Assembly (NCBI GenBank): GCA_964016885.1
Contig: OZ024758.1
Span: 16,554,001-16,618,000 of the forward strand
Direction of reading: 5' to 3'
From: Eledone cirrhosa
Lineage: Eukaryota
DNA length: 64,000 bases
Made by a program: the position numbers and the translations under genes. The notes beneath the pieces were generated by a model, which made no database searches, was not told the DNA's origin, and worked only from the letters and a program-made list of their open reading frames with translations. Position 1 is the stretch's first letter, and each line of letters begins with the position of its first letter. Of the stretch, positions 11,520 through 23,950 are shown piece by piece.

Positions 11520-11750
11520 ATATGGCAAGCTAATTAAAACACTGGATTAACCTCTTTACTTCCCTCTGAAGAAGAGATATTATCTCAAAATATAAGGATA
11601 TTCAAATACATTTAAGATAAAAGACTAATTGTCAGCAATATCTTTTGCATTTGTATTTATATTCTATATCCATACTTGCATTGTTCTGGCCTTCTAGCTC
11701 CAAACGTTTATACCTCACTACACAATGCTTCAAGTAAACTACCATTTCCT
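11520..11750 (+). mobile_element. Penelope-like fragment (family C) with decayed hammerhead; paralogue 50790-51076
   Basis: CTGAAGAAGAGAT-att-ATCTC-aaaa (GAAA mutated; the paralogue has ATCTCGAAATA); body AAAAGACTAATTGTCAGCAATATCTTTTGC shared. Confidence 0.6.
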
Positions 11751-12686
11751 CCTGACACAAAGGAATCAAACTCCCACCGTCACGGTCTCGGTGTGAGTCT
11801 GTAAAGTATACATATATACACCAGGTCCAAACACGAGGGAACCAAACTCCCACACTCCCGAACTTGTAGAACAGTATATAAATATATCCCCATAGGTATA
11901 ATTGTTATATATTAACATGTAGGTGTGTAGCAGAATATTTGAATATTTTCACATTGAGTTTCAGAATCTTATTGATACAGGTGTTGTTGTCCACAAGTTG
12001 ATTATTGGAATTTATCAGGAAGATAATCCTTGCTATAAACATATACAATTTTTTTCCAATGTAAATTTTGTATGAGCAAATTTAAACATACATGTATACC
12101 AGGTCCAAATATGAGGGAACTAAACACCCACTCTCACTGATACAGTGTGAGTGTGTGTCTGTGAAACACACACATTGTGAAACACACACTGTGAAACACA
12201 CACGGATGCAAAAGTACGGCCATATAGATTTAAAACTCGTCCAAACCTGCCTCTGGTTCTGTAAAAACCTTCACAAAACCTCCCAATTTAAAGGGTTCCT
12301 ATTTAAATCAAAACCTTTCGGCATAATTTTCGATAAGAACCATTTGTTAAGTAATATTACAAATACCATCTTATTGAAATAATTAATAATTTTAGCAAAT
12401 CCCTTCAAATTCGCCATTAATTAATTGAAATAGCGTGCATGTTCTTAGACATATTGTCATGTTGTAAAAGGGTTAATGAAGATTAAAAGATAATTCTATT
12501 TCAAAAATGTCCAATCCAATATAGTTCTAGCAAGAATTTAAATAGAAGCACGATTCCATGATTATATATAAATGTAAGCTTAAGGAAAAACACCATCACA
12601 ATGTGCACGAAAAACACCAACTTAGATAGAATGAAAATAACTAGTTAAATCATTTCTAAAACGAGCTTATAAATATATCTTTTTAA

Positions 12687-13141
12687 CCTGTTGACTGCCA
12701 TGTATATTTTACACAGCTACAGTTGCTGTGTTACTTGTTTAACCTGTTGAATGCTCCATATATTTTACACATCTATAGTTGCTGTGCTGTTTCTTTAACC
12801 TGTTGACTGCGGTGTATATTTTACACAGCTACAGCTGCTGTGCCGGGTGTTTTTTCAGTAAAATGACTACTTTTTAAACAAATATTCATTAACAACACAT
12901 ATCTGAATGATTGACAAACGTCACACCAATAAACTAGTAACCCCATCTAGCTTTGAAATTATGAACTGTTGGAAACGAGTACATAACTTTGGAAGTTATG
13001 AACTGTTGGAAACGATTTCATAACTTTGAAGTTATAAACTGTTGGAAAAGAGTTCAAACATGTTAGGACGATTTATCTCGTCTACGGCACTGGAATACAA
13101 ACATCTTAGGACGAGTTATCTCGTCTACGGCACTGAAGGGG
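12687..13141. mobile_element. piggyBac-like MITE with triplicated left end
   Basis: TTAA at 12683-12686 and 13142-13145; imperfect TIR CCTGTTGACTGCC / GGCACTGAAGGGG; left ~56 bp repeated three times. Confidence 0.6.
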
Positions 13142-13615
13142 TTAAAGAAGCCTTAAATAAGAAAAATCGTAAGTATAAATCAAACTTTAGTTAACAAAGG
13201 AGACTGGAACATATTAATAGACGAAGTTCTAGAACTATACAGGAACAAATACATCTCCATAGGTGTGTAGCAGAATATCTAAATATTTTCACATTGAGTT
13301 TCAGAACCTTATTGATACAGATACTGCTGGACATGAGTTGATATTTGGAATTTTATCCGGAACGTAATTCTTGCCACCAACATACACAATATTTTCCCAA
13401 TGTAAATTTTGTATGAGTAAAGTTAAATCTCGCATAGTATCTCACGTGTCAGTGGTACTAAAGCTTCGAAAGAGCTGAGTTTGAGCACAGAACAGATCCT
13501 GAAACCGTGTTAGTTAACTCCAGATCAGTTCTCAAGGAGCAGATCTATGATTAAATATATTTCATTTGTGATCATCCGGTCTTTTATTGCAAGCATAATG
13601 TAGCCCAGATCATGC

Positions 13616-13800
13616 TGGATTGGCAGTATCGGTAGAGGGTCGGACGCCATGCTTTCCAGCAAAATTACGTCCCTTTACGATCTGAGTTCAAATCCCGCGG
13701 AGGTTGACTTTGCCTTTCATCCTTACGGGGTCGATAAAATAAGGTACCAGTAATGTACTGGGTAATTGCTGGCCTTGTGCCTAAAGTATAAACAATTATT
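13616..13800 (+). mobile_element. OK-like SINE
   Basis: Full body match to other copies. Confidence 0.9.
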
Positions 13801-15061
13801 TCAAATACTGGTCTTTATTTAAGGGAGAAGTGTGTATTTTATTTGAAACCAAGATGGTAATTTTTGCAAGTTATTGGCCCGTTCAAAGCCTTTGTTTTGT
13901 ATTGAATGTTGAGTTGGCTTAGAAGTAACCATTATAATAAGCTTTGTTTTAAAATAACAGTTTTGTTTTAAAATATTTTAAACAACTTCGCACTTATGAA
14001 TTTTAATCACAAATCATGTCGTTTTAATTATCGAAGAAATCTTGGTTTAATTATTTATTAAACTAATCGACATGAATACAGCGTTCCTTCACTAACTCTC
14101 TTATCTCTGTATCCAATGGATTGTTGAACAGCTGGTTTTCAAACGTTAACATTTCTAAATTACTAATGTATAATTAGAAGCTATTTGCTGGTGGTTAATT
14201 ATCTGGCAAATGTAATTAAAAGTAAACTTCATGCGTAAGAGCATCTATGCGGTATTTTGTAGTCGATAGCATTTAATCGTTTATAAGATGAACCAAGCAT
14301 TCATCGACTATGTTGCTAATATTATATTTAAACATGGCGGTGGATTGTCAGAATTGACAAATCGCCAAACAAAATATCTTGCGATATTTAGGAACAGCTA
14401 TTTTACGTTCTGTGATAAACTCTCCCCGAATCGATTCAAATTTTCGTTTTTCCGAAATCGACATTGTAAAGGACCAGTCAATTACTCTGTAATCACTCGT
14501 ACCTCCACAAAAAGACTTATGTCAACCATCCATTAAATTCCCATAAAACAAGGAAAAAAAGAATAAACGATCGTTAAGTTATAGGTTTATCGCCCGAAGT
14601 TCGAAAATAATTTCTCTGTATCTATGACTGATGATGAAAGCCATATTTATAGATATAGTTTATTTATCTCGTGCTTTCGCAGCTTACATGCCGTGAAGAA
14701 TCTCTTTGTATCTGCAATGATTTGCCTTGTTAGGGTATTATCCTTCTCCAATTCATGATCAAGAATTAACCCATTTCTATTATGTCGAAGAGTAAACAAA
14801 AAATGACTTTAAAAGTTTAAATCTCACAGACATCTGTTTCTGACTTTATACAAACATTTGAGTTTGGAGAAGTGGTCCTTAGTTTTAAACATGCTTTCAG
14901 AATAGGAAATATATGTTGGTTTTGTAAATAAGATACATTCATCACCAGAATAAGGCGGAGAATTTGTAGAATCGTTAAGGAGTCTCATGAAATACTTCAG
15001 TATTTGTTCGGGCTCATTGCTCTCTGAGTTCAAGTAACAGCGAGATCAAAGTTGCCTATAA

Positions 15062-15104
<43 letters not shown>

Positions 15105-15151
15105 TGTACATATGTATGTATACATGTGTGTGCATGTGTATGTATATGCAC

Positions 15152-15479
15152 GGGAACATAAAAATTGTCGGGCTGGACACCCGATCCCGCGGTTAAACCA
15201 CTGGGAGTGAAGGACCCCACCCTTTGTCAGGGCATTCTTCTAGGAGAAAGCAAGTCAGGAAACTGGGATAATTCCGAGATAAAACCTGCCGCTCAGTAGT
15301 TACCGATGATGTTGATCTGTCCTTCTTTTCTTTTCGGGTTATAGCTACTGTCGTTCAGAGAGTGGGATTGCCTCAGTGTCCAGTATTTCCTCACTTAAAA
15401 AAAAATCTTCATGCACAGACATTGCACGATATAAGTAATTAATAATTATTAATAATGGTATATCGATAACGAGGAGGCA

Positions 15480-15485
<6 letters not shown>
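15152..15485 (+). mobile_element. Paralogue of the 330-711 repeat
   Basis: See 330-711; flanked by microsatellites. Confidence 0.45.
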
Positions 15486-15518
<33 letters not shown>

Positions 15519-15523
<5 letters not shown>

Positions 15524-15705
15524 GTTTCTACTTTAGGCACAAGGCCAGCAATTAACCAGTACATTACTGGTACTTGTTTTTATCGACCCCGTAAGGGTGA
15601 AAGGCAAAGTTAACCTCGGCGGGATTTGAACTCAGACTGTAAAGGGACGTAACTATGCTAGAAAGCATGGCGTCCAACCCTCTACCGATACTGCCAATTC
15701 ACCAT
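15519..15705 (-). mobile_element. OK-like SINE
   Basis: Reverse-complement body match. Confidence 0.9.
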
Positions 15706-16154
15706 CATTAAACAATTATATATATATATATAATGATGGCTACCAATATATATATATTTTTTTTTCCAGCCAAAGTAATTCTAGGTGAATGTCCTTTCGT
15801 TAAAATACGTGAAACTAACATTTAAATATTATATACTTACACAAACACGAAATATAACGTGTTTAAAATCTGGTTGCAGTATATTATGAAAGTTTGTCTA
15901 ACCTTATTATTCAGCAAAATTATTTATAAACAAAATATAACTTTTTAACTGTTTGTTCAAAATAATTAAGTTTCTTTGTTTCTATTATGTTATGGAGTTT
16001 ATATTTAATGGTATAAGTGAAAAGAATCAAATGAAATACGTATCATATCACAATTTTTTCTAGAAATTTATCTGTAAAATATGGTAATTTAATACTTCCT
16101 ATAATTTCTTTGTTTACCAGTTTTATATGTTTCGATATTTTATGTTTCGATATT

Positions 16155-16800
16155 TTGACATTCAACAAAGCAGAAAACAGCAATTGTAGCCAGGAAAAAA
16201 AAACTATACTCGGGAATGGAGTCTACCGGGTGTCATGTACGGCTGGGAGTGTACAGCAGATCTCCGACGAATGAAACCATTCCCAGAAATCAGCAGCACA
16301 AAGGCACTTCGAGTCAGACAATATACCCCACTCCAGTTCATCAAAGAAGCTGATTTTGATTGAACTCACCGTATCATTTCGAAGTAGAATGCAAGACCAA
16401 AAATGTACCAGTCTGGCAAGTAGCCTGATGGAAGCCAGTTTTCAGGCCAAAGTTCCCGTCATAGAGGTTGGATCCAGAGTTTGTGTAAGCAAATCTGCCT
16501 ATAATCTCATGAAATATCTCTTAAAGATTTGAAAGAAGGGGACCAAATTCCTAAAAGCAATAGCAGAGTCAGCCTAAGGGAGTTCCAGTTGGCACTGGTC
16601 AAAGAAGAGCAGAAGCGATCTCCACACCGCCTAGTGCCATAGAAACACGTTACCGGTATCCAAATACTTAAAAGGCGACAGTAGAAAGGGACCAATAAGC
16701 CATGAGCTGGATGCGACCCGGGCTACCTTAGAATATATTGAGGTAAGGGACGACGCACATACATGAAGTGGGATTCTTCTCCTAAGACCTATTGCCCATG
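16155..16800 (+). mobile_element. Decayed 3' end of an RLE-encoding non-LTR retrotransposon (HERO/NeSL-like)
   Basis: Frameshifted peptides GWECTADL..KPFPEISST, KKLILIELTVSF, PVIEVGSR, SSSWHWSKK resemble the restriction-like endonuclease C-terminus (W.L..DL...FP, PD..ELTVP, P.EVG.RG, ASSWLW). Confidence 0.65.
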
Positions 16801-17430
16801 TCTCCATAGAGCTTCTTACTATATTTTAAATAAAACCATAAACACATAAATGTCATATACTCTATTTCATACCAACTTTATACATCAATTCATATGTATT
16901 ACATGCAAACATATTCATTATATATACATGGGCGCGCGCAGTTTCCTGAAAAAAGGTCAATGGCAACTTCTTTTCCCATCTCTATTTTCCAAGCTATTGT
17001 ATAGCATCTCTGCGCATGAATATATCATCATTTATATTAACTCAATATTCGCAGCACTTTAAGTCTGAGAGATCAGCTACCTATATTCTTTACAAACAAT
17101 TTAATTTCAAGAACTCGTAGACCGAGTATCTATACGTACTTTGTACACTACAAGAATTTAATTTAATATTATCTATATAATCTCAGTATTACTATACCTG
17201 CACTACCAGATGCTATCAACTTGAGCTTCAATGGCAGTATTCATTACTGCGAATCTCCCTTGCTCAATTAATTTCGTCTTCTTTTAAGCTGTTATTATTC
17301 TACATGCTCTTTTCACCCAGACATTTCTTTTTAAATTTCTCTAGCTCATGTCGTTCTAAAATTCTATAATTATACATCTCTTCTTCGTCCGGACAATGTT
17401 TTCAAACACTTATAATGAAAATAACAACCT

Positions 17431-18350
17431 AGAGATGAGAGAGTCACTTCAGGTAGAGTTGCTACTTCTCCGAATTGAGAGAACAGAGCTCTGATACTAT
17501 GTCTCGGGAAAGAATCACTGGACAGATTTGTAGTTCAGAGATCAGAGAGCCACTCTAGGTAGAGCTGCTACTTCTCCAAATTGGCAGAACACCACTCCGA
17601 TACTATGGGCAAGTGGTTAGAATGTCTCAAGAAAGAATCAGTGGATAGATTTGTAGCCCAGAGATAAGAGAGTCACGCCAGGTGACGCTGATACTCCTAA
17701 TTGAGAGATTACAGCTCCAACACTATGGTCATGTGGTTAGAATGTCTCAGGAAAGAATCACTGGCCAGATGTGTAGATTGGAGATTAGCGAATCACTCCT
17801 GATAGAGTCGCTACTTCTCCAAATTGAGAGATCACAGCTCTGATACTATGGACATGTGGTTACAATGTCTCAGGAAAAAATCGCTGGATAGATTTGTAGC
17901 TCGAAGATCAGAGAGTCAATCCAGGTGAAGCTGCTACTTCTCCGAAATGACAGATCACAGCTACGATACTCTGGGCATGTGGTTAGAATGTCTCAGGAAA
18001 GAATCACAGGACAGATGTGTAGATTAGAGATCAAAGAATCACTCCAGGTAGAGCCGATACTTCTCCGAATTGAAAGATCACAGCTCAGATACTATGGTCA
18101 TGTGGTTAGAATGTCTCAGGAAAGAATCGCTGAACAGATTTTACAGGCAAATCCAACAGGCAGGAGACCCAGGGCTAGACGCGAGCAAGATGGTTGGATA
18201 ATATCCATGAGCTTGGCTGGTCACGATTGGGGATCCATCTTGATCAGTTAGAGAGAGTTGCTTCTGTCAGGACCCGCCGGAAGAAGTGTTTGAGGTATCT
18301 GCCTCCACGACACTCTCAGGAATGAATGGGAGAATAATAAGAAGAAGACG
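17431..18350 (+). mobile_element. RTE LINE 3' end with ~6 tandem 123-bp units
   Basis: Units start ~17432, 17538, 17661, 17781, 17904, 18027 and encode EIRESLQVEPLLLRIERSQLRYYGHVVRMSQERI; then ANPTGRRPR and a (GAA)n tail. Confidence 0.85.
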
Positions 18351-18392
18351 AAGAAGGTTGAGGAATATAATAATAATAATAATGTCACAAGA

Positions 18393-18995
18393 CCTTTGTC
18401 ACAAGGCCAGCAATTACCCTAGGGCATTACTGGTGCTTTATTTTATCGACCGAATAAGGATGAAAGGCAAAGCTCACCTCGGCAGGATTTGAACTCAAAA
18501 CGTAAAGGGGCGTAACTATATGCCGAAAAGCAATGTGTCCGACTCTCTACCGATACTACTACTACTACTTACAACTACTACTACTACTACTACTACTACT
18601 AATAATAATAATAATTGTGTTACTTTTGGCACAAGGCCAGCATTTATTCCAGTGCATTTCTGGTACTTTATTTTATCGACCTCGTAAGGATAAAAGGCAA
18701 AATTAACCTCGGCAGGATTTGAACTGAGATCATAAAGGGCCGTAACTCTAAGCTGGAAAGCATGGCGTCTGACCGTCTACCGATACTGCTAATCCACTGC
18801 GCTTTACTAATAATTGTTTCTACTTTTGGCACAAGGCCAGCAATTATCAGTGCATTACAGGTACTTTATTTTATCGACCCCCGTAAGCATGAAAGGCAAA
18901 ATTAACCTCGGCGGGATTTGAACTCAGAATGGCAAGGGCCGTAACTCTATCCGTCAAAGCATGGCGTCCGACCCTCTACCGATACTGCCAATCCA
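18393..18995 (-). mobile_element. Array of three OK-like SINEs
   Basis: Three reverse-complement bodies in tandem. Confidence 0.85.
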
Positions 18996-19318
18996 AGAAT
19001 ACATCTTGAAGTTAAGTAACCGGTGAACATCTATTCAAGCTTTGTCTACGTATGAAGATACCTTAACGTGAAATGCAAGAGAAACGAAGTGATTTGAAAT
19101 GCGATCCAATTTCTAAATACAGAATACAGAATGAATGTGGTTTAGTTATTATTGTCTGGGAAATTTTAGCCATTTAGATTTTCTAAATCAATTAATTTGA
19201 TTTACTATAAGGTTTCTTCAGATTTATTTTGCAATCTCTAACATAAAAGTGCTCAGAGCAGAACCTTAACTTTATTCATCGCCAACCTCGGACACGAACC
19301 GATTTTGACTGCAAACTG

Positions 19319-19321
<3 letters not shown>

Positions 19322-19376
<55 letters not shown>

Positions 19377-20138
19377 ATATATATCCATACATATACACAG
19401 ACATATATACACACATATTTATACATACATATATATACACACATATATATATATACATATATATACATATATATACACACACACACATATATATATATAT
19501 ATACATATATACACACACATACACATATATATACACACACACATATATATATACATATATATACATATATACACATATATATATACACACACATATACAC
19601 ACACACATATACACACATATATATACACATATATACATACACACACACACATATACACACATATATATACACATATATACACACACACATATACACACAT
19701 ATACAGACACATATACACATATATACACAAATATATATACACATATATACACAAATATATATACACAAATATATATACACATATATACACAAATATATAT
19801 ACACATATATACACAAATGTATATACACATATATACACAAATATATATATATACATATATACACAAATATATATATATACATATATACACAAATATATAT
19901 ATATACATATATACACAAATATATATATATACATATATACACACATATATATATATACATATATACACACATATATATATATACATATATACACACATAT
20001 ATATATACATACATATATACACACATATATATATACATACATATATACACACATATATACACATATATACATACATATATACACACATATATATACATAC
20101 ATATATACACACATATATATACATACATATATACACAC

Positions 20139-20172
<34 letters not shown>

Positions 20173-20254
20173 ACATATATATACATATACATATATATAC
20201 ATACATATATATATATATACATATATATACATACATATATATACATATATATAC

Positions 20255-20295
<41 letters not shown>

Positions 20296-20302
20296 TATAC
20301 AT
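19322..20302. repeat. (TA)n/(CA)n compound microsatellite
   Basis: Directly visible. Confidence 0.95.
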
Positions 20303-20620
20303 TTACGTGGTTTTGTCTTTGCGTGCAATTGTTCACCACGCTCCACATATGACGTATTATCTTCGTTTTTTCCGTTCATTGCCAGAGAACGTCTCTAAGA
20401 ACCACCTAAGAGAATATTAGTCTACGTCTTCTTTTATACCATAAACGTGGTTCTGTCTTTGCGCGTAATTGTTATTCACCGCTCCTATTAATTTCTTATT
20501 CGTTTTTTCCCGTTCATTGCCAGCGAACGTTTCCACGAACCAAAGTATCATCTTCCTGTCTTCCACCGGTTGCAACGTTTTTTGAAATATTCACTTCTGA
20601 GTTCACAGATTGACTTTGTT

Positions 20621-20670
20621 AGTTTCAGAAGATCCGTTAAAGGTGAAAGCAGCAATTCTTTGCTTAAACT
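20621..20670 (+). ncRNA. Hammerhead ribozyme, core-mutated copy (family D)
   Basis: Stem I AGTTT/AAACT; core CAGAAGA (U4>A); stem II tCC-gttaaa-GGt; GAAA 20645-20648; stem III AGCA/TGCT; CUU triplet; paralogue 58614-58658 has an intact core. Confidence 0.6.
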
Positions 20671-20705
20671 TTAATCTGTTATTTTAATAAATATATATAT
20701 ATATA

Positions 20706-20895
20706 TAAGAAAATAAAGTTTTTTTTTAAATGAAAAAAAAAAACGAGATGTCCTACACAAGTGAAAGTATAAGGAAAAGAAATCGAAAATGCAACAGGAG
20801 TCTTTTTAAGAATATTTATTTGTTTCCTTTACCGGTTTCACAGTTCTCATGCTTTTCAAGAGTAAAATTGAGATGGAGGGTTTCTGATTTTTCTC
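20706..20895 (-). mobile_element. Penelope-like fragment (family E; paralogue 44053-44250) with decayed hammerhead
   Basis: Shared GAAATCGAAAATGCAAC and TTCCTTTACCGGTTTC blocks. Confidence 0.55.
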
Positions 20896-20941
20896 AAATA
20901 TATTGCTGATATATAACAATGAGGTATATAGTGATATAATA

Positions 20942-21161
20942 TAATTGTTTCTTATATAGGCACAAGGGCAGCAATTTTGGGGAAGGGTTAAGTCAATTAA
21001 ATTGACCCCAGTGCGTGACTGGTACTTTGCCTTTCATCCTTACGAGATTGATAAAATAAAGTAAACCTCGGTGGGATTTCATCTCAGATCATAAAGGGCC
21101 GTAACTCTATGCTGCAAAGCATGGCGTCCGACACTCTACCGATACTGCCAATCCACCGCCG
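20942..21161 (-). mobile_element. OK-like SINE (long-tail variant)
   Basis: Reverse-complement match. Confidence 0.85.
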
Positions 21162-21238
21162 TATAGACATTGAACAATAATAAAATATATTTCTGTTATA
21201 TATTATATCTAACCCAAGTACATATAATATAAAAAAAA

Positions 21239-21458
21239 GGCGTGTAACTGAGTGGTTAGAAAATTGGATTCACAATATCGAGGTTGTGAGTTCGATTCCT
21301 AGACTGGGTGATGCGTTATGTTCTTGAGCAAGACACTTTATTTCACGTTGCTCCTACCTGGAGTTGCGACCGATAGATAGTACTAGCAACTGGAAAGACC
21401 GACGAAAACATTGTTTCCTCGGTCCGATTTGACGAAAGTCAAGTCGATCGATCCTTTT
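21239..21458 (+). mobile_element. tRNA-derived CORE-type SINE (OR1-like)
   Basis: A box AGTGGTTAG, B box GTTCGATTCC, CORE-like TTGAGCAAGACACTTTATTTCACGTTGCTCC. Confidence 0.8.
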
Positions 21459-21462
21459 ATAT

Positions 21463-22032
21463 AATTATTTCTACTTTAGGCACAAGGCCAGCAATTTTTA
21501 CCAGTGCATTACTGGTACTTTTTATATAATATAAAGGCAACACAAATATATTGCAGATACATAACAACACGGTATATAGTGATATTATATAAATGTTTCT
21601 ACTTTAGGCACAAGGCCAGCAATTATCCCAGTGCATTACTGGTACTTTTTATATAATATAAAAGCAACACAAATATATTGCAGATATATAATATCACTAT
21701 ATACCGCGTTGTTATGTAACTGTTTCTACTTTAGGCACAATGCCAGCAATTATCCCAGTGCATTACTGGTACTTTTTATATAATATAAAGGCGACACAAA
21801 TATATTGCAGATACATAACAACGCGGTATATAGTGATATTATATAACTGTTTCTACTTTAGGCACAAGGCCAGCAATTATCCCAATGTATTACTGGTACT
21901 TTATTTTATCGACCCCCGTAAGGATGAAAGGCAAAGTTAATCTCGGCGGGATTTGAACTCAGAATAGCAAGGACCGTAACACTATGCGTCAAAGCATGGC
22001 GTCTGACCCTCCATACTGCCAATTGGCCGCCC
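21463..22032 (-). mobile_element. OK-like SINE (21846-22032) preceded by three ~127-bp tandem copies of its tail plus flank
   Basis: TTTCTACTTTAGGCACAA recurs at ~127-bp spacing. Confidence 0.85.
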
Positions 22033-22524
22033 TTTTAGTGATATTATATAACGCACGATAAACGTTCTTCTTACTTCAACAACATCAAATAAATTCTTAT
22101 CTAAATTCTTTATATTGGTAACAGAGAAAACCGGAGGGAAAGAGTTTGTTAATTGAATAGTTCGATATATATGCCTGGTAATTATTTCATCAATCCCTAG
22201 GAGACTTCAGATAAGTTTACACCTGAAATGCTGAGGAATGAAGCTAAATACAGTAATTTATTTAATCCCAAAACTACTTTGCTATTCTTGACATCCTTAG
22301 GACCAGTAAGTGTGTTTTTGACCTGTAATTGAACATGCTAGAAATAGCAGTCAAGTCGAACCTACTCTAAATTACTTTCTACATTTTTGAAAAGAGTGTG
22401 AAACATCGGATATTATAATCCTACACATTCAATGGACAAGATATTCAAAACTAAAACGCTTCTGTTGTCGTTGATCTAGGATAATTAACCCTTTAACCAT
22501 TTACATAACTCTATATATATTATT

Positions 22525-22792
22525 GTGGAGGCACGTGGCCTAGTGGAAAGAGTGTTCGACTTACGATCATAATGTCGTGGGTTCGATTCCTGGGTTGCGT
22601 GTTGTGTTCTTGAGCAAAACACTTCATTTCACGTCGTTCCAGTATACTCAGCAATAGCTGGAGGTTTAACCCTGCGATGGACTGGCGTCCTGTCCAGGGG
22701 GGAGTCTTGTACTCTCAGTCGCTTCACGCCATGTAACCGGGATAAGCACCGGCCAAATGAACCCTCTGGCTTAAGACAGACTTTAGACTTTA
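22525..22792 (+). mobile_element. tRNA-derived SINE with CORE- and V-domain-like blocks (OR2-like)
   Basis: TGGCCTAGTGG, GTTCGATTCC, TTGAGCAAAACACTTCATTTCAC, AACCCTGCGATGGACTGGCGTCCTGTCCAGGGG, (AGACTTT)n tail. Confidence 0.8.
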
Positions 22793-22888
22793 GATATATA
22801 CTATTATATTATCAGGTTAAAGGCTTTATCTCACATAATTATCACACATAATATCGAATCTATGAGATTTTGATATTATTTATTTTAT

Positions 22889-23036
22889 GCTTTCCAGCAT
22901 AGTTACGTCCCTTTACGATCTGAGTTCACATCCCGCCGAGGTTGACTTTGCCTTTCATCCTTACGGGGTCGATAAAATAAAGTACCAGTAATGCACTGGA
23001 TAATTGCTGGCCTTGTGCCTAAAGTAGAAACAATTA
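22889..23036 (+). mobile_element. 5'-truncated OK-like SINE interrupting the first tandem unit
   Basis: Body match; ATTATTTATTTT on both sides. Confidence 0.85.
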
Positions 23037-23794
23037 TTTATTTTGAGGATACTTTTACATCAGTATGAGTGGCCGGTTATAGCCGGTTTCAGGTTAAAGG
23101 CTTTATCTCACATAATTACCTCACATAATATCGAATCTATGAGATTTTGATATTATTTATTTTGTGAATACTTTTACATCAGCATGAGTGGCCGGTTATA
23201 GCCGGTTTCCGGTTAAAGGCTTTATCTCACATAATATCGAATCTATGCGATTTTGATATTTATTTCGAGAACAATACTTTAACATAAGTATCAGTGGACG
23301 GTTACTGCCGGCTTCGTGTTAAAGGCTTTATCTCACATAATTACCTCACATAATATCGAATCTATGAGATTTTCATATTATTTATTTTGAGAATACTTTT
23401 ACACCAGTATGAGTGGCCGGTTATAGCCGGTTTCAGGTTAAAGTCTTTATCTCACATAAGTATCTCACATAATATCGAACCTATGAGATTTTGATATTTA
23501 TTTTGAAAACAATACTTTAACATCAGTATAAGTGGCCGGTTACAGCCGGTTTGAACAGAAAAAGGTGAGAGAATTCTAGCCAGATACGACTGGTTTAAAT
23601 GCTAATGGGTTAAACCACAGCAACAGACAAACAGCACAATATTTAGATATCCAATACGGCCAGTATATTGTATGCAGTTCTACTCTTTAACCGTTAGTTG
23701 AGAGTCCGCGTATATATAGATATGTGCCATTTTTTGGTGAAATTTATGGCATTGGCTATTTGTGCCCCAACATGAAATTTGAGACAACATTAAT

Positions 23795-23950
23795 CATCTT
23801 TTCTTCACCCACTTATTCGTGAGAGGGTCGTGGGGGCAGAGTCTTGAAATACTCTTTTCAGTGGGTACTGTCAGAAGCAACCGTCTCCAAGCGTGACCAG
23901 CTAAGCTCATGAATGTTATCCAACCATCTTGCTCAGGGTATACCCCTGGA
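23795..23950 (-). mobile_element. RTE LINE extreme 3' fragment (same family as 18165-18340)
   Basis: Reverse complement of GAGCAAGATGGTTGGATAA..CATGAGCTT.GCTGGTCACG. Confidence 0.75.

Larger units (their letters stand above)
22489..23609. mobile_element. piggyBac-like MITE with five internal ~107-119 bp tandem units and nested SINEs
   Basis: TTAA-CCCTTTAACCATTTA (22485) and TTTAAATGCTAATGGG-TTAA (23613); unit GGTTAAAGGCTTTATCTCACATAAT... Confidence 0.55.

Noticed and set aside
14621-14657. CTGATGA-T-GAAA within a 9-bp hairpin
   Set aside because: No stem II and no valid stem III; chance or too decayed to call
16064-16274. Signal-peptide-like reading LILPIISLFTSFICFDILTFNKA
   Set aside because: No start codon; the downstream part is better explained by the RLE retrotransposon relic
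21239-21310. tRNA gene (also 22525-22595 and the OK-like heads)
   Set aside because: A/B boxes run into SINE bodies; no intact cloverleaf or terminator
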